Numbered from the stretch's first letter, positions 36,738 through 46,422 are shown. The stretch: DNA of 64,000 nucleotides from Spirochaetaceae bacterium (GCA_965224705.1 OZ245056.1:1408001-1472000); one strand, 5' to 3'. Translations and numbers: made by a program. The notes: a model not told the origin generated them from the letters alone.

Positions 36738-38507
36738 GTGAAAAAGAAACTGGAACAGGGCATCACCGATTTCAAGGAATTCATCAGTGAAAGCTGCTAT
36801 TTTGTCGATAAAACCCGTCTTATCGCCTATCTTATTGATCATCCCAGCAAGGTACACCTCATCACCCGCCCCCGCCGCTTCGGCAAAACCCTGAACCTCA
36901 GCATGATCCGCTACTTCTTTGAAGCCCCACCGTCGGGCGGTGAACGCATCGTTAGTAACGATGCCCCCCCCGAAGAGCCGTCCAATGCTGCGCTGTTCAA
37001 CGGCATGTCCATATCAAAACATCCCCGATGCCGCGAATACATGGGAAAATACCCTGTGATACACCTGAGTTTCAAGGACGTGAAAAAATCAACTTATCAA
37101 AACTGCATGGCTCTTATCAGGAACATGCTCTCTGCGGAATACCAACGGCATGAGTATTTGCAGAATTGTGGAGTGTTGCGCGATGCCGAAAAAGAGCTGT
37201 TTTCCAAAATATTGGACAAAAAAGGCAGCGATCAGGACTGCGAGGAATCCATAATTTTTCTGTCTATATGGCTCAAGCGCGCCTACGGCAAACCGGTCTA
37301 CATCCTTCTGGACGAGTACGACACCCCGCTGCACGCCGCCTACACCGACAACTTCTACGATGAAATGATCGCCTTCATCCGCAGCTTCATGGTGCAGAGC
37401 TTCAAGGACAACCCCAATTTGAAGCAGGCGGTGGTTATCGGCATACTCAAAGTGGCCCAGGAAAGCATCTTCAGCGACTTCAACAATCCAGCGGTGTCTA
37501 CCCTGCTCGATCCCGAAATGGAGGACTGCTTCGGCTTCACGGAACCCGAAGTGGAGGCCATGGCGGACTACTATGAGCTTGGGGACAGGATGGACGGCAT
37601 CCGGGAATGGTACAACGGCTACATCTTCGGCGGGGACACGATCATCTACAATCCCTGGAGCATAGTCAATTACCTCAGGAGACCATCGGCCGGACTGCGT
37701 CCCTACTGGGTGCACACCAGTGCCAACAGGATGGTCAAGGAAACACTGCAGCTGAACAAAAGGGACAGCCGGGAAACCATGGAAAGGCTGCTTAAGGGAG
37801 AGGAGGTCAGACGGGAAGTAGCGGTCAACATCGTCTATCCGCAGATACGAACCCGCCCGGATGTGGCATGGAGTTTTCTACTCCACGGCGGTTATCTCAA
37901 GGCCAGCGAAAGGCGGCAGCATGAGATGAGCCAGGACTACCGACTGGAAATTCCCAACCGCGAGGTGCGCTATTCCTACATGACCACAATCAAGGACTGG
38001 CTGGAGGAGGATGTGGAGGCGGGCGAGTCCTTTCATTCCTTTATCCGCGGCATCAGGGAAGGGAATGCTGCCCTGATCGAGAGGGGGCTGGGGAAGGTTC
38101 TCTTAAGCATGGCCAGTTATTACGACACCGCTGGTGAAGACGAAGAACTGGAGCGGGTGGAAGGCTTCTACCACGGTCTGGTACTGGGGATGCTGGCCTA
38201 CCTGAGCGGCGAGTACACGGTGGAGAGCAACCGGGAATGCGGCATGGGCCGCCCCGACATCGTATTGATTCAACGCGGCTCCGGGCGACCCGACCATGTT
38301 CTGCTGTTCGAGTTCAAACGGGAGCCTGCCGCCGGAACCACACCGCTCAAGCAGCTGGCACAGGAGGCCTATTCCCAGGCGGAGCAAAAATACCTGGAGG
38401 GGGTGCAAGAGAAGTGGAACCCGGGGGAGATTGTCATCTACGGAGTGGGCTTTCGCGGCAAGGCACTGGCATTGGAAGCAAGCGGGGAGAACGAAGCTCT
38501 CCCATGA
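36738..38507 (+). CDS. AAA-ATPase-like + PD-(D/E)xK nuclease protein, paralog 3
   Basis: RPRRFGKT, ILLDEYD, ESNRECGMGRPDI...FEFK; GTG start. Confidence 0.92.
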   Translation: MKKKLEQGITDFKEFISESCYFVDKTRLIAYLIDHPSKVHLITRPRRFGKTLNLSMIRYFFEAPPSGGERIVSNDAPPEEPSNAALFNGMSISKHPRCREYMGKYPVIHLSFKDVKKSTYQNCMALIRNMLSAEYQRHEYLQNCGVLRDAEKELFSKILDKKGSDQDCEESIIFLSIWLKRAYGKPVYILLDEYDTPLHAAYTDNFYDEMIAFIRSFMVQSFKDNPNLKQAVVIGILKVAQESIFSDFNNPAVSTLLDPEMEDCFGFTEPEVEAMADYYELGDRMDGIREWYNGYIFGGDTIIYNPWSIVNYLRRPSAGLRPYWVHTSANRMVKETLQLNKRDSRETMERLLKGEEVRREVAVNIVYPQIRTRPDVAWSFLLHGGYLKASERRQHEMSQDYRLEIPNREVRYSYMTTIKDWLEEDVEAGESFHSFIRGIREGNAALIERGLGKVLLSMASYYDTAGEDEELERVEGFYHGLVLGMLAYLSGEYTVESNRECGMGRPDIVLIQRGSGRPDHVLLFEFKREPAAGTTPLKQLAQEAYSQAEQKYLEGVQEKWNPGEIVIYGVGFRGKALALEASGENEALP

Positions 38508-38659
38508 AGTCTGCGTCAACCGCTTCAAAGCGGTCCGTGCCCTGTCCTATGAAGAGGGACCTAACCCATAAATATAACGACATCTCCACTAAGCAAATTT
38601 TCCCCAAGTTCACCCAAAAGCCCCTGAAGAGAGCAAAAAACCCGCTTTTCACGAAGCGA

Positions 38660-38760
38660 GGGGGGATTCTCAAGGGGGACACCCCCTTGAGTCGTATTTT
38701 TCTTTGTTAAACTTTCTTTTTGTCGAAAAAAAAGAAAGTTTAGGCCCAGCGGCCCGAGCG
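38660..38760 (+). repeat. Double-hairpin repeat R, copy 4 (inside conserved spacer 38508-38794)
   Basis: Matches copy 3. Confidence 0.95.
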
Positions 38761-38794
38761 GCCACTCACAAAACCATGCTATGCTAAAGATGTC

Positions 38795-40561
38795 ATGAAA
38801 AAGAATCTGACTCAGGGCATCACCGATTTCAAGAAATTCATCGACAATAACTGCTACTTTGTTGATAAAACCCATTTCATCGGTTGCCTTATCGACGACC
38901 CCAGCGAAGTGCACCTCATCACCCGCCCCCGGCGCTTCGGCAAAACCTTGAACCTGAGCATGATCCGTTACTTCTTCGAGGCCCCACCGTCGGGCGGTGA
39001 ACGCATCGTTAGCAGCGATCCACCACCCAATGCCTCATTGTTCAATGGCATGTCCATATCAAAACACCCCCAATGCCGCGAATACATGGGGCAGTATCCG
39101 GTAATACACTTGAGTTTCAAGGATGCCAAGGGTTCTTCGCATACGGAGTGCATGGAGATCATCAAGGATATGCTCTCCGCAGAATATCAGCGACATGAAT
39201 ACTTGCAGGACTGTGAAGTGCTGCGCGAAATTGATAAAGAATTATTTCTCAAAATATCGAATAAAAAAGGCACTGATCAGAACTGCGCACAGTCGATAAA
39301 ATACCTTTCCTCCTGGCTTAAGCGCGCCTACGGCAAACCGGTCTACATCCTTCTGGACGAGTACGACACCCCGCTGCACGCCGCCTACACCGACAACTTT
39401 TACGATGAAATGATCGCCTTCATCCGCAGCTTCATGGTACAGAGCTTCAAGGACAATCCCAATTTGAAGCAGGCGGTGGTTATCGGCATACTCAAGGTGG
39501 CCCAGGAAAGCATCTTCAGCGACTTCAACAATCCAGCGGTGTCCACCCTGCTCGATCCCGAAATGGAGGACTGTTTCGGCTTCACGGAACCCGAAGTGGA
39601 GGCCATGGCGGACTACTATGAGCTTGGGGACAGGATGGACGGCATCAGAGAATGGTACAACGGCTACATTTTCGGCGGGGACACGGTCATTTACAATCCC
39701 TGGAGCATAGTCAATTACCTCAGGAGGCCATCGGCCGGGCTGCGTCCCTACTGGGTGCACACCAGTGCCAACAGGATGGTGAAGGAAACGCTGCAGCTGA
39801 ACAAAAGGGACAGCCGGGAAACCATGGAGAAACTGCTCAGGGGAGAGGAAGTCAGGCGTGAGGTGGCACTCAACATCGTCTACCCGCAGATACGAACCCG
39901 CCCGGATGTGGCATGGAGCTTCCTGCTCCACGGCGGCTATCTGAAGGCCAGCGAAAGGCAGCAGCACGAGATAAGCCAGGACTACCGGCTGGAAATTCCC
40001 AACCGAGAGGTACGCTATTCCTACATGACCACAATCAAGGACTGGCTGGAGGAGGATGTAGAGGCAGGCGAGTCCTTTCATTCCTTTATCCGCGGCATCA
40101 GGGAAGGGAATGCCGCTTTGATCGAGAGAGGTCTGGGTAAGGTTCTCCTGAGCATGGCCAGTTATTACGACACCGCTGATGCCGTTGGTGACGACGAGGA
40201 AATGGAGCGGGTGGAGGGCTTCTACCACGGCCTGGTACTTGGAATGCTGGCCTACTTAAGCGGCGAGTACACGGTAGAGAGCAACCGGGAATGCGGGATG
40301 GGCCGCCCCGACATCGTATTGATTCAGCGCGGCCCTGGGCGGCCCGATCATGTTCTGCTGTTTGAGTTCAAACGGGAGTCTGCCGCCGGAACCACGCCGC
40401 TAAAGCAGCTGGCGCAGGAGGCCTATTCCCAGGCGGAGCAAAAATACCTGGAGGGGGCAAAGGAGAAGTGGAACCCGGAGAAAATTGTCATCTATGGGGT
40501 GGGCTTTCGCGGCAAGGCACTGGCTTTGGAGACAAACGGGGAGAACGAAGCTCCCCCATGA
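38795..40561 (+). CDS. AAA-ATPase-like + PD-(D/E)xK nuclease protein, paralog 4
   Basis: Same motifs as paralog 3. Confidence 0.92.
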   Translation: MKKNLTQGITDFKKFIDNNCYFVDKTHFIGCLIDDPSEVHLITRPRRFGKTLNLSMIRYFFEAPPSGGERIVSSDPPPNASLFNGMSISKHPQCREYMGQYPVIHLSFKDAKGSSHTECMEIIKDMLSAEYQRHEYLQDCEVLREIDKELFLKISNKKGTDQNCAQSIKYLSSWLKRAYGKPVYILLDEYDTPLHAAYTDNFYDEMIAFIRSFMVQSFKDNPNLKQAVVIGILKVAQESIFSDFNNPAVSTLLDPEMEDCFGFTEPEVEAMADYYELGDRMDGIREWYNGYIFGGDTVIYNPWSIVNYLRRPSAGLRPYWVHTSANRMVKETLQLNKRDSRETMEKLLRGEEVRREVALNIVYPQIRTRPDVAWSFLLHGGYLKASERQQHEISQDYRLEIPNREVRYSYMTTIKDWLEEDVEAGESFHSFIRGIREGNAALIERGLGKVLLSMASYYDTADAVGDDEEMERVEGFYHGLVLGMLAYLSGEYTVESNRECGMGRPDIVLIQRGPGRPDHVLLFEFKRESAAGTTPLKQLAQEAYSQAEQKYLEGAKEKWNPEKIVIYGVGFRGKALALETNGENEAPP

Positions 40562-40782
40562 AGTCTGCGTCAACCGCTTCAAAGCGGTCCGTGCCCGCCC
40601 CCTGTCCTATGAAGAGGGACCTAACCCATAAATATAACGACATCCCCACTAAGCAAATTTTCCCCAAGTTCACCCAAAAGCCCCCGCCAAGCCGTCAGTC
40701 CAAATCACCCCGCACCTTTCGTCCTTCGCAACCAACCCCAAAGCCCCTGAAGAGAACAAAAAACCCGCTTTTCACGAAGCGA

Positions 40783-40883
40783 GGGGGGATTCTCAAGGGG
40801 GACACCCCCTTGAGTCGTATTTTTCTTTGTTAAACTTTCTTTTTGTCGAAAAAAAAGAAAGTTTAGGCCCAGCGGCCCGAGCG
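40783..40883 (+). repeat. Double-hairpin repeat R, copy 5
   Basis: Matches copies 3 and 4. Confidence 0.95.
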
Positions 40884-40910
40884 GCCACTCACAAAATCAT
40901 GCTACACTAA

Positions 40911-42595
40911 CCCCTATTTCTCACCAACATAAAATTGCATAAAAATCCTGGAGAATTTCTGTTCTCTCCGCTAATATATCAAACAAAAAGTTTCCAGTTG
41001 ATTGATCCTTGTTATTTCCGTCCAATTTAAGTCGATTTCTTCTGATTTTTTTTGCATTTTTTCAACCCTCGGTGCACAGCTTCCCCAGGGAATCCAGATG
41101 AGAACTATCAACTGTTTTTATTACCGCTCAGATGGCCCGGGATGTTCGTATCCAGATGTCCCACCAGGGAAAACTCTCCGGAAGACTGATCCAGACTCGG
41201 CGAACCGTAATCTTTACAGCGGCCGAAACTTTAAGCATCCTTAATCGGATTGTAGAGGACATGCTTCGAGTTTCATCACCGCTGACCTGCAGAATTGTTC
41301 TTCGAAGATGGACAAAGAAAATATAGGCGATTGTCGAGAAATACAATCGAAGCTGATTCGAACTCATCCACCAGGTGGAGGTGCGGTCGGCAAACAGATA
41401 AAGCTGCTGTTCTTTGATGCGATTCTCCATATCGCCGCGTGCACAGTAGACATCTTCATACAGCGATTGGGCATCCCCTTCTTCAGCAGAAATGTCCGTC
41501 ACAATAAAGCGGGGATTTTTCTTGCCCGGCAGATGTTCCACCCTGGCAATGACATCCCGATTGCGACTCCAACTGCTTTCGGTCTTCCAGGAAAAACGGG
41601 TAAAAACACGTTCGGCTTCTTTGCTTTTACCGAAGAGCTTTTCAGCCCTGACCATCTGCGGATCAATCTTCTTCAGCAGCCTCGTATTTCCTGCCATACC
41701 GGTGATATATCTGACTTTCAATATCTCACACTGTTTCAGGATACTCTCACGGCAGAAGCCCGAGTCTCCACGAAAAATGATACGAACATCAGGAAATTTG
41801 GCCCTGATCGCGCCAACCAGCTTGACCAGAATCTCTTCGGTACCCTCACAGGCATCCAGGCTGGACGGCCGCAGCCGGGCGATCAGGGGAAAATCATCAC
41901 AGAACACGTAGAGCGGAAGGTAGCAGTAGTGATCGTAATATCCGTGAAAAAACCGCTGCTGCTGCTCGCCGTGGATGGGAATGTCGGTGGCATCAAAATC
42001 CAGAATCAGGGTTTCCGGCGGCTCCTCGAAACTCTCAAGAAACAGTTGACAGAGAAGCTCTTCAATCCCCCTGGCATCCCAGGTGATTTTGCTGTACCGG
42101 TCCCTGGTTTTTTCATCCAGCTCATGACCGAGTTCCAATCTGTTCAGGGTGCTCTTTCCGGCAACTGGCGTTTTATCATCCCGCCCACATATATATTGAA
42201 GCAGTGGATCTTCGCGCAATTGTTCATGATCATTGAGATCTTCATAGCCCTGACAGATTCCGAAGATTCTCTGTTTCAGAAGAGTAGCCAGGCTATGTGT
42301 AATTTTTTCCTGATCTCTTTTATCGGTGAAAAAATCTGACAGCTTTTCAATAATTCTGTGCTTCTGCTCAACCTGCTGGAGGAGAAGAAATCCGGCATCG
42401 GAACTGTTGACCTTGCCGTCATTCTTTACAATAATTTTGCGGGATTTTCCGATTTCCATCCCTTGCAATTCGAGCTGATGGGCTTTACACTCTGTATTAG
42501 CAAAGCGGGCTTCTTTTTGTTTGTTATTTTTTTTCATGTAAATATTTTAGCATGGGAAGCCTGCTTTGTCTCAAGGTCTTGGTGAGAAATAGGGG
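40911..42595 (-). mobile_element. IS1380-family insertion sequence, 1685 bp
   Basis: Perfect 17-bp inverted repeats CCCCTATTTCTCACCAA / TTGGTGAGAAATAGGGG; CTAA duplicated at 40907-40910 and 42596-42599; the empty-site sequence is visible at 36718-36736. Confidence 0.96.
41128..42537 (-). CDS. IS1380-family DDE transposase
   Basis: SSDAGFLLL, GYEDLND, ILDFDATD, FRGDSGF, RGDMENRIKE. Confidence 0.95.
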   Translation of the reverse strand: MKKNNKQKEARFANTECKAHQLELQGMEIGKSRKIIVKNDGKVNSSDAGFLLLQQVEQKHRIIEKLSDFFTDKRDQEKITHSLATLLKQRIFGICQGYEDLNDHEQLREDPLLQYICGRDDKTPVAGKSTLNRLELGHELDEKTRDRYSKITWDARGIEELLCQLFLESFEEPPETLILDFDATDIPIHGEQQQRFFHGYYDHYCYLPLYVFCDDFPLIARLRPSSLDACEGTEEILVKLVGAIRAKFPDVRIIFRGDSGFCRESILKQCEILKVRYITGMAGNTRLLKKIDPQMVRAEKLFGKSKEAERVFTRFSWKTESSWSRNRDVIARVEHLPGKKNPRFIVTDISAEEGDAQSLYEDVYCARGDMENRIKEQQLYLFADRTSTWWMSSNQLRLYFSTIAYIFFVHLRRTILQVSGDETRSMSSTIRLRMLKVSAAVKITVRRVWISLPESFPWWDIWIRTSRAI

Positions 42596-42607
42596 CTAAA
42601 ATCCATC

Positions 42608-44362
42608 ATGAAAAAGAATCTGACTCAGGGCATCACCGATTTTAAGGAATTCATCGACAATAACTGCTACTTTGTCGATAAAACCCATCTCATAGCGCAT
42701 ATTATCAATGACCCCAGCAAGGTGCACCTCATAACCCGCCCTCGGCGCTTCGGCAAAACCCTGAATTTAAGCATGATCCGCTACTTCTTCGAGGCCCCGC
42801 CGCCGCACGGCGACAGCAGCGATCCACCACTCAATGCTGCACTGTTCAACGGCATGTCCATATCAAAACATCCCCAATGCCGCGAATACATGGGGAAATA
42901 CCCTGTGATACACTTAAGTTTCAAGGACGTGAAAAAATCAACATATCAAAATTGCATGGCTCTTATCAGGAACATGCTCTCCGCAGAATACCAACGGCAT
43001 GAGTATTTACAAAATTGTGGTGTATTGAATGACAGGGAAAGGGTAAAATTTGAGAAGATACTGTACAATGAGGGCAGCGATCAGGACTGCGAGGAATCCA
43101 TAACCTTTCTGTCTATATGGCTCAAGCGCGCCTACGGCAAACCGGTCTACATTCTTCTGGACGAGTACGACACCCCGCTGCACGCCGCCTACACCGACAA
43201 CTTTTACGATGAAATGATAGCCTTTATCCGCAGCTTCATGGTGCAAAGCTTCAAGGACAATCCCAATTTGAAGCAGGCGGTGGTCATCGGCATACTCAAA
43301 GTGGCCCAGGAGAGCATCTTCAGCGACTTCAACAATCCGGCGGTGTCCACCCTGCTCGATCCCGAAATGAAGGACTGCTTCGGCTTCACGGAACCCGAAG
43401 TGGAGGCCATGGCGGACTACTATGAGCTTGGGGACAGGATGGACGGCATCAGGGAATGGTACAACGGCTACATCTTCGGCGGGGACACGGTCATCTACAA
43501 CCCCTGGAGCATCATCAACTACCTAAGCGCTCCGGAGGCCGGACTGCGTCCCTACTGGGTGCACACCAGTGCCAACAGGATGGTGAAGGAAACGCTGCAG
43601 CTGAACAAAAGGGACAGCCGGGAAACCATGGAGAGGCTGCTTAAGGGAGAGGAGGTCAGGCGGGAGGTAGCGGTCAACATCGTCTACCCGCAGATACGAA
43701 CCCGCCCGGATGTGGCATGGAGCTTCCTGCTCCACGGCGGTTATCTCAAGGCCAGCGAAAGGCAGCAGCACGAGATAAGCCAGGACTACCGGCTGGAAAT
43801 TCCCAACCGAGAGGTACGCTATTCCTACATAACCACAATCAAGGACTGGCTGGAGGAGGATGTAGAGGCAGGCGAGTCCTTTCATTCCTTTATCCGCGGC
43901 ATCAGGGAAGGGGACGCGACCCTGATAGAGGAGGGTCTTGGGGAGATTCTCCTGGGCCTTGCCAGCTTCCACGATACCGCCTCCCAGGGCGAAAAAGAAG
44001 AAAAGAAGCGAGCGGAGGGCTTCTACCACGGACTGGTACTGGGGATGCTGGCCTACCTGAGCGGCGAGTACACGGTGGAGAGCAACCGGGAATGCGGCAT
44101 GGGCCGCCCCGACATCGTATTGATTCAGCGCGGCTCCGGGCGGCCGGGTCATGTTCTGCTGTTCGAGTTCAAACGGGAGCCTGCCGCCGGAACCACACCG
44201 CTCAAGCAGCTGGCACAGGAGGCCTATTCCCAGGCGGAGCAAAAATACCTGGAGGGGGCGCAGGAGAAGTGGAACCCGGGGGAGATTGTCATCTACGGGG
44301 TGGGCTTTCGCGGCAAGGCACTGGCATTGGAAGCAAGTGGGGAGAACGAAGCTCTCCCATGA
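42608..44362 (+). CDS. AAA-ATPase-like + PD-(D/E)xK nuclease protein, paralog 5
   Basis: Same motifs; separated from its upstream region by the IS. Confidence 0.92.
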   Translation: MKKNLTQGITDFKEFIDNNCYFVDKTHLIAHIINDPSKVHLITRPRRFGKTLNLSMIRYFFEAPPPHGDSSDPPLNAALFNGMSISKHPQCREYMGKYPVIHLSFKDVKKSTYQNCMALIRNMLSAEYQRHEYLQNCGVLNDRERVKFEKILYNEGSDQDCEESITFLSIWLKRAYGKPVYILLDEYDTPLHAAYTDNFYDEMIAFIRSFMVQSFKDNPNLKQAVVIGILKVAQESIFSDFNNPAVSTLLDPEMKDCFGFTEPEVEAMADYYELGDRMDGIREWYNGYIFGGDTVIYNPWSIINYLSAPEAGLRPYWVHTSANRMVKETLQLNKRDSRETMERLLKGEEVRREVAVNIVYPQIRTRPDVAWSFLLHGGYLKASERQQHEISQDYRLEIPNREVRYSYITTIKDWLEEDVEAGESFHSFIRGIREGDATLIEEGLGEILLGLASFHDTASQGEKEEKKRAEGFYHGLVLGMLAYLSGEYTVESNRECGMGRPDIVLIQRGSGRPGHVLLFEFKREPAAGTTPLKQLAQEAYSQAEQKYLEGAQEKWNPGEIVIYGVGFRGKALALEASGENEALP

Positions 44363-44520
44363 AGTCTGCGTCAACCGCTTCAAAGCGGTCCGTGCCCACC
44401 CCCTCTCCTATGAAGAGGGACCTAACCCATAAATATAACGACATCCCCACTAAGCAAATTTTCCCCAAGTTCACCCCAAAGCCCCTGAAGAGAACAAAAA
44501 ACCCGCTTTTCACGAAGCGA

Positions 44521-44621
44521 GGGGGGATTCTCAAGGGGGACACCCCCTTGAGTCGTATTTTTCTTTGTTAAACTTTCTTTTTGTCGAAAAAAAAGAAAGT
44601 TTAGGCCCAGCGGCCCGAGCG
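44521..44621 (+). repeat. Double-hairpin repeat R, copy 6
   Basis: Matches copies 3-5. Confidence 0.95.
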
Positions 44622-44655
44622 GCCACTCACAAAACCATGCTATGCTAAAGATGTC

Positions 44656-46416
44656 ATGAAAAAGAATCTGACTCAGGGCATCACCGATTTCAAGAAATTC
44701 ATCGACAATAACTGCTACTTTGTCGATAAAACCCATTTCATCGGTTGCCTTATCGACGACCCCAGCGAAGTGCACCTCATCACCCGCCCCCGCCGCTTCG
44801 GCAAAACCCTGAACCTGAGCATGATCCGTTACTTCTTCGAGGCCCCGCCACCGGGCGGCGATAGCAGAGATCCACCACCCAATGCCTCATTGTTCAATGG
44901 CATGTCCATATCAAAACATCCCCGATGCCGCGAATACATGGGAAAATACCCTGTGATACACCTGAGTTTCAAGGACGTGAAAAAATCAACTTATCAGAAT
45001 TGCATGGCTCTTATCAGGAACATGCTCTCTGCGGAATACCAACGGCATGAGTATTTACAAAACTGTGGAGTGTTGCGCGATGCCGAAAAAGAGCTGTTTT
45101 CCAAAATATTGGACAAAAAAGGCAGCGATCAGGACTGCGAGGAATCCATAATCTTTCTGTCTATATGGCTCAAGCGCGCCTACAAAAAACCGGTCTACAT
45201 CCTTCTGGACGAGTACGACACCCCTCTGCACGCCGCCTATGCCGACAACTTTTACGATGAGATGATCGCCTTCATCCGCAGCTTCATGGTGCAGAGCTTC
45301 AAAGACAACCCCAATTTAAAGCAGGCGGTGGTCATCGGCATACTCAAAGTGGCCCAGGAGAGCATCTTCAGCGACTTCAACAACCCAGCGGTGTCCACCC
45401 TGCTCGATCCCGAAATGGAGGACTGCTTTGGCTTCACGGAACCCGAAGTGGGGGCCATGGCGGACTACTATGGGCTTGGGGACAAGATGGACGGCATCAG
45501 GGAATGGTACAACGGCTACATCTTCGGCGAAGACACGGTCATCTACAATCCCTGGAGCATAGTCAATTACCTCAGGAGGCCATCGGCCGGGCTGCGTCCC
45601 TACTGGGTGCACACCAGTGCCAACAGGATGGTCAAGGAAACACTGCAGCTGAACAAGAGGGACAGCCGGGAAACCATGGAGAGGCTGCTTAAGGGAGAGG
45701 AGGTCAGACGGGAGGTGGCCCTCAACATCGTCTACCCGCAGATACGAACCCGCCCGGATGTGGCATGGAGTTTCCTGCTCCACGGCGGCTACCTGAAGGC
45801 CAGCGAAAGACGGCAGCACGAGATAATCCAGGACTACCGGCTGGATATTCCCAACCGCGAGGTCCGCTATTCCTACATGACCACAATCAAGGACTGGCTG
45901 GAGGAGGATGTGGAGGCGGGCGAGTCCTTTCATTTCTTCATCCGCGGTATCAGGGAAGGGAATGCCGCCCTGATTGAGAGAGGACTTGGGAAGGTTCTCC
46001 TGAGTATGACCAGTTATTACGACACCGCTGATGCCGCTGACGATGACGAGGAAATGGAGCGGGTGGAAGGCTTCTACCACGGTCTGGTTCTGGGGATGCT
46101 GGCCTACCTGAGTGGCGAGTACACGGTGGAGAGCAACCGGGAATGCGGGATGGGCCGCCCCGACATCGTATTGATTCAGTGCGGCCCTGAGCGCCCCGTC
46201 CATGTTCTGCTGTTCGAGTTCAAACGGGAGTCCGCCGCCGGAACCACGCCGCTAAAGCAGTTGGCACAGGATGCCTATACCCAGGCGGAGCAAAAATACC
46301 TGAAGGGGGCACAGGAGAAGTGGAACCCGGGGGAGATTGTCATCTACGGAGTGGGCTTTCGCGGCAAGGCACTGGCTCTGGAGGCAGGCGGAGGGGCGTT
46401 TCGCGGCCAGTTCTGA
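44656..46416 (+). CDS. AAA-ATPase-like + PD-(D/E)xK nuclease protein, paralog 6
   Basis: Same motifs; last residues (GGGAFRGQF) differ from paralogs 3-5. Confidence 0.92.
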   Translation: MKKNLTQGITDFKKFIDNNCYFVDKTHFIGCLIDDPSEVHLITRPRRFGKTLNLSMIRYFFEAPPPGGDSRDPPPNASLFNGMSISKHPRCREYMGKYPVIHLSFKDVKKSTYQNCMALIRNMLSAEYQRHEYLQNCGVLRDAEKELFSKILDKKGSDQDCEESIIFLSIWLKRAYKKPVYILLDEYDTPLHAAYADNFYDEMIAFIRSFMVQSFKDNPNLKQAVVIGILKVAQESIFSDFNNPAVSTLLDPEMEDCFGFTEPEVGAMADYYGLGDKMDGIREWYNGYIFGEDTVIYNPWSIVNYLRRPSAGLRPYWVHTSANRMVKETLQLNKRDSRETMERLLKGEEVRREVALNIVYPQIRTRPDVAWSFLLHGGYLKASERRQHEIIQDYRLDIPNREVRYSYMTTIKDWLEEDVEAGESFHFFIRGIREGNAALIERGLGKVLLSMTSYYDTADAADDDEEMERVEGFYHGLVLGMLAYLSGEYTVESNRECGMGRPDIVLIQCGPERPVHVLLFEFKRESAAGTTPLKQLAQDAYTQAEQKYLKGAQEKWNPGEIVIYGVGFRGKALALEAGGGAFRGQF

Positions 46417-46422
46417 GTTGGC

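Noticed and set aside
41308..42339. 343-aa ORF inside the IS as a passenger gene
   Set aside because: Antisense to the transposase over its whole length
36602..44621. Repeat R as a CRISPR array or integron attC array
   Set aside because: Copies are ~2 kb apart with paralogous genes between them; no cas or integron integrase in the window; no RYYYAAC/GTTRRRY ends
38237..44775. Recurrent short ORFs across the array spacers (e.g. ...KRGGILKGDTPLSRIFLC)
   Set aside because: They recur only because the DNA repeat recurs; starts and lengths are inconsistent and they overlap real genes
12903..46416. Diversity-generating retroelement explaining the variable segments
   Set aside because: No reverse transcriptase in the window, no template/variable repeat pair, and differences are not limited to adenines and include indels
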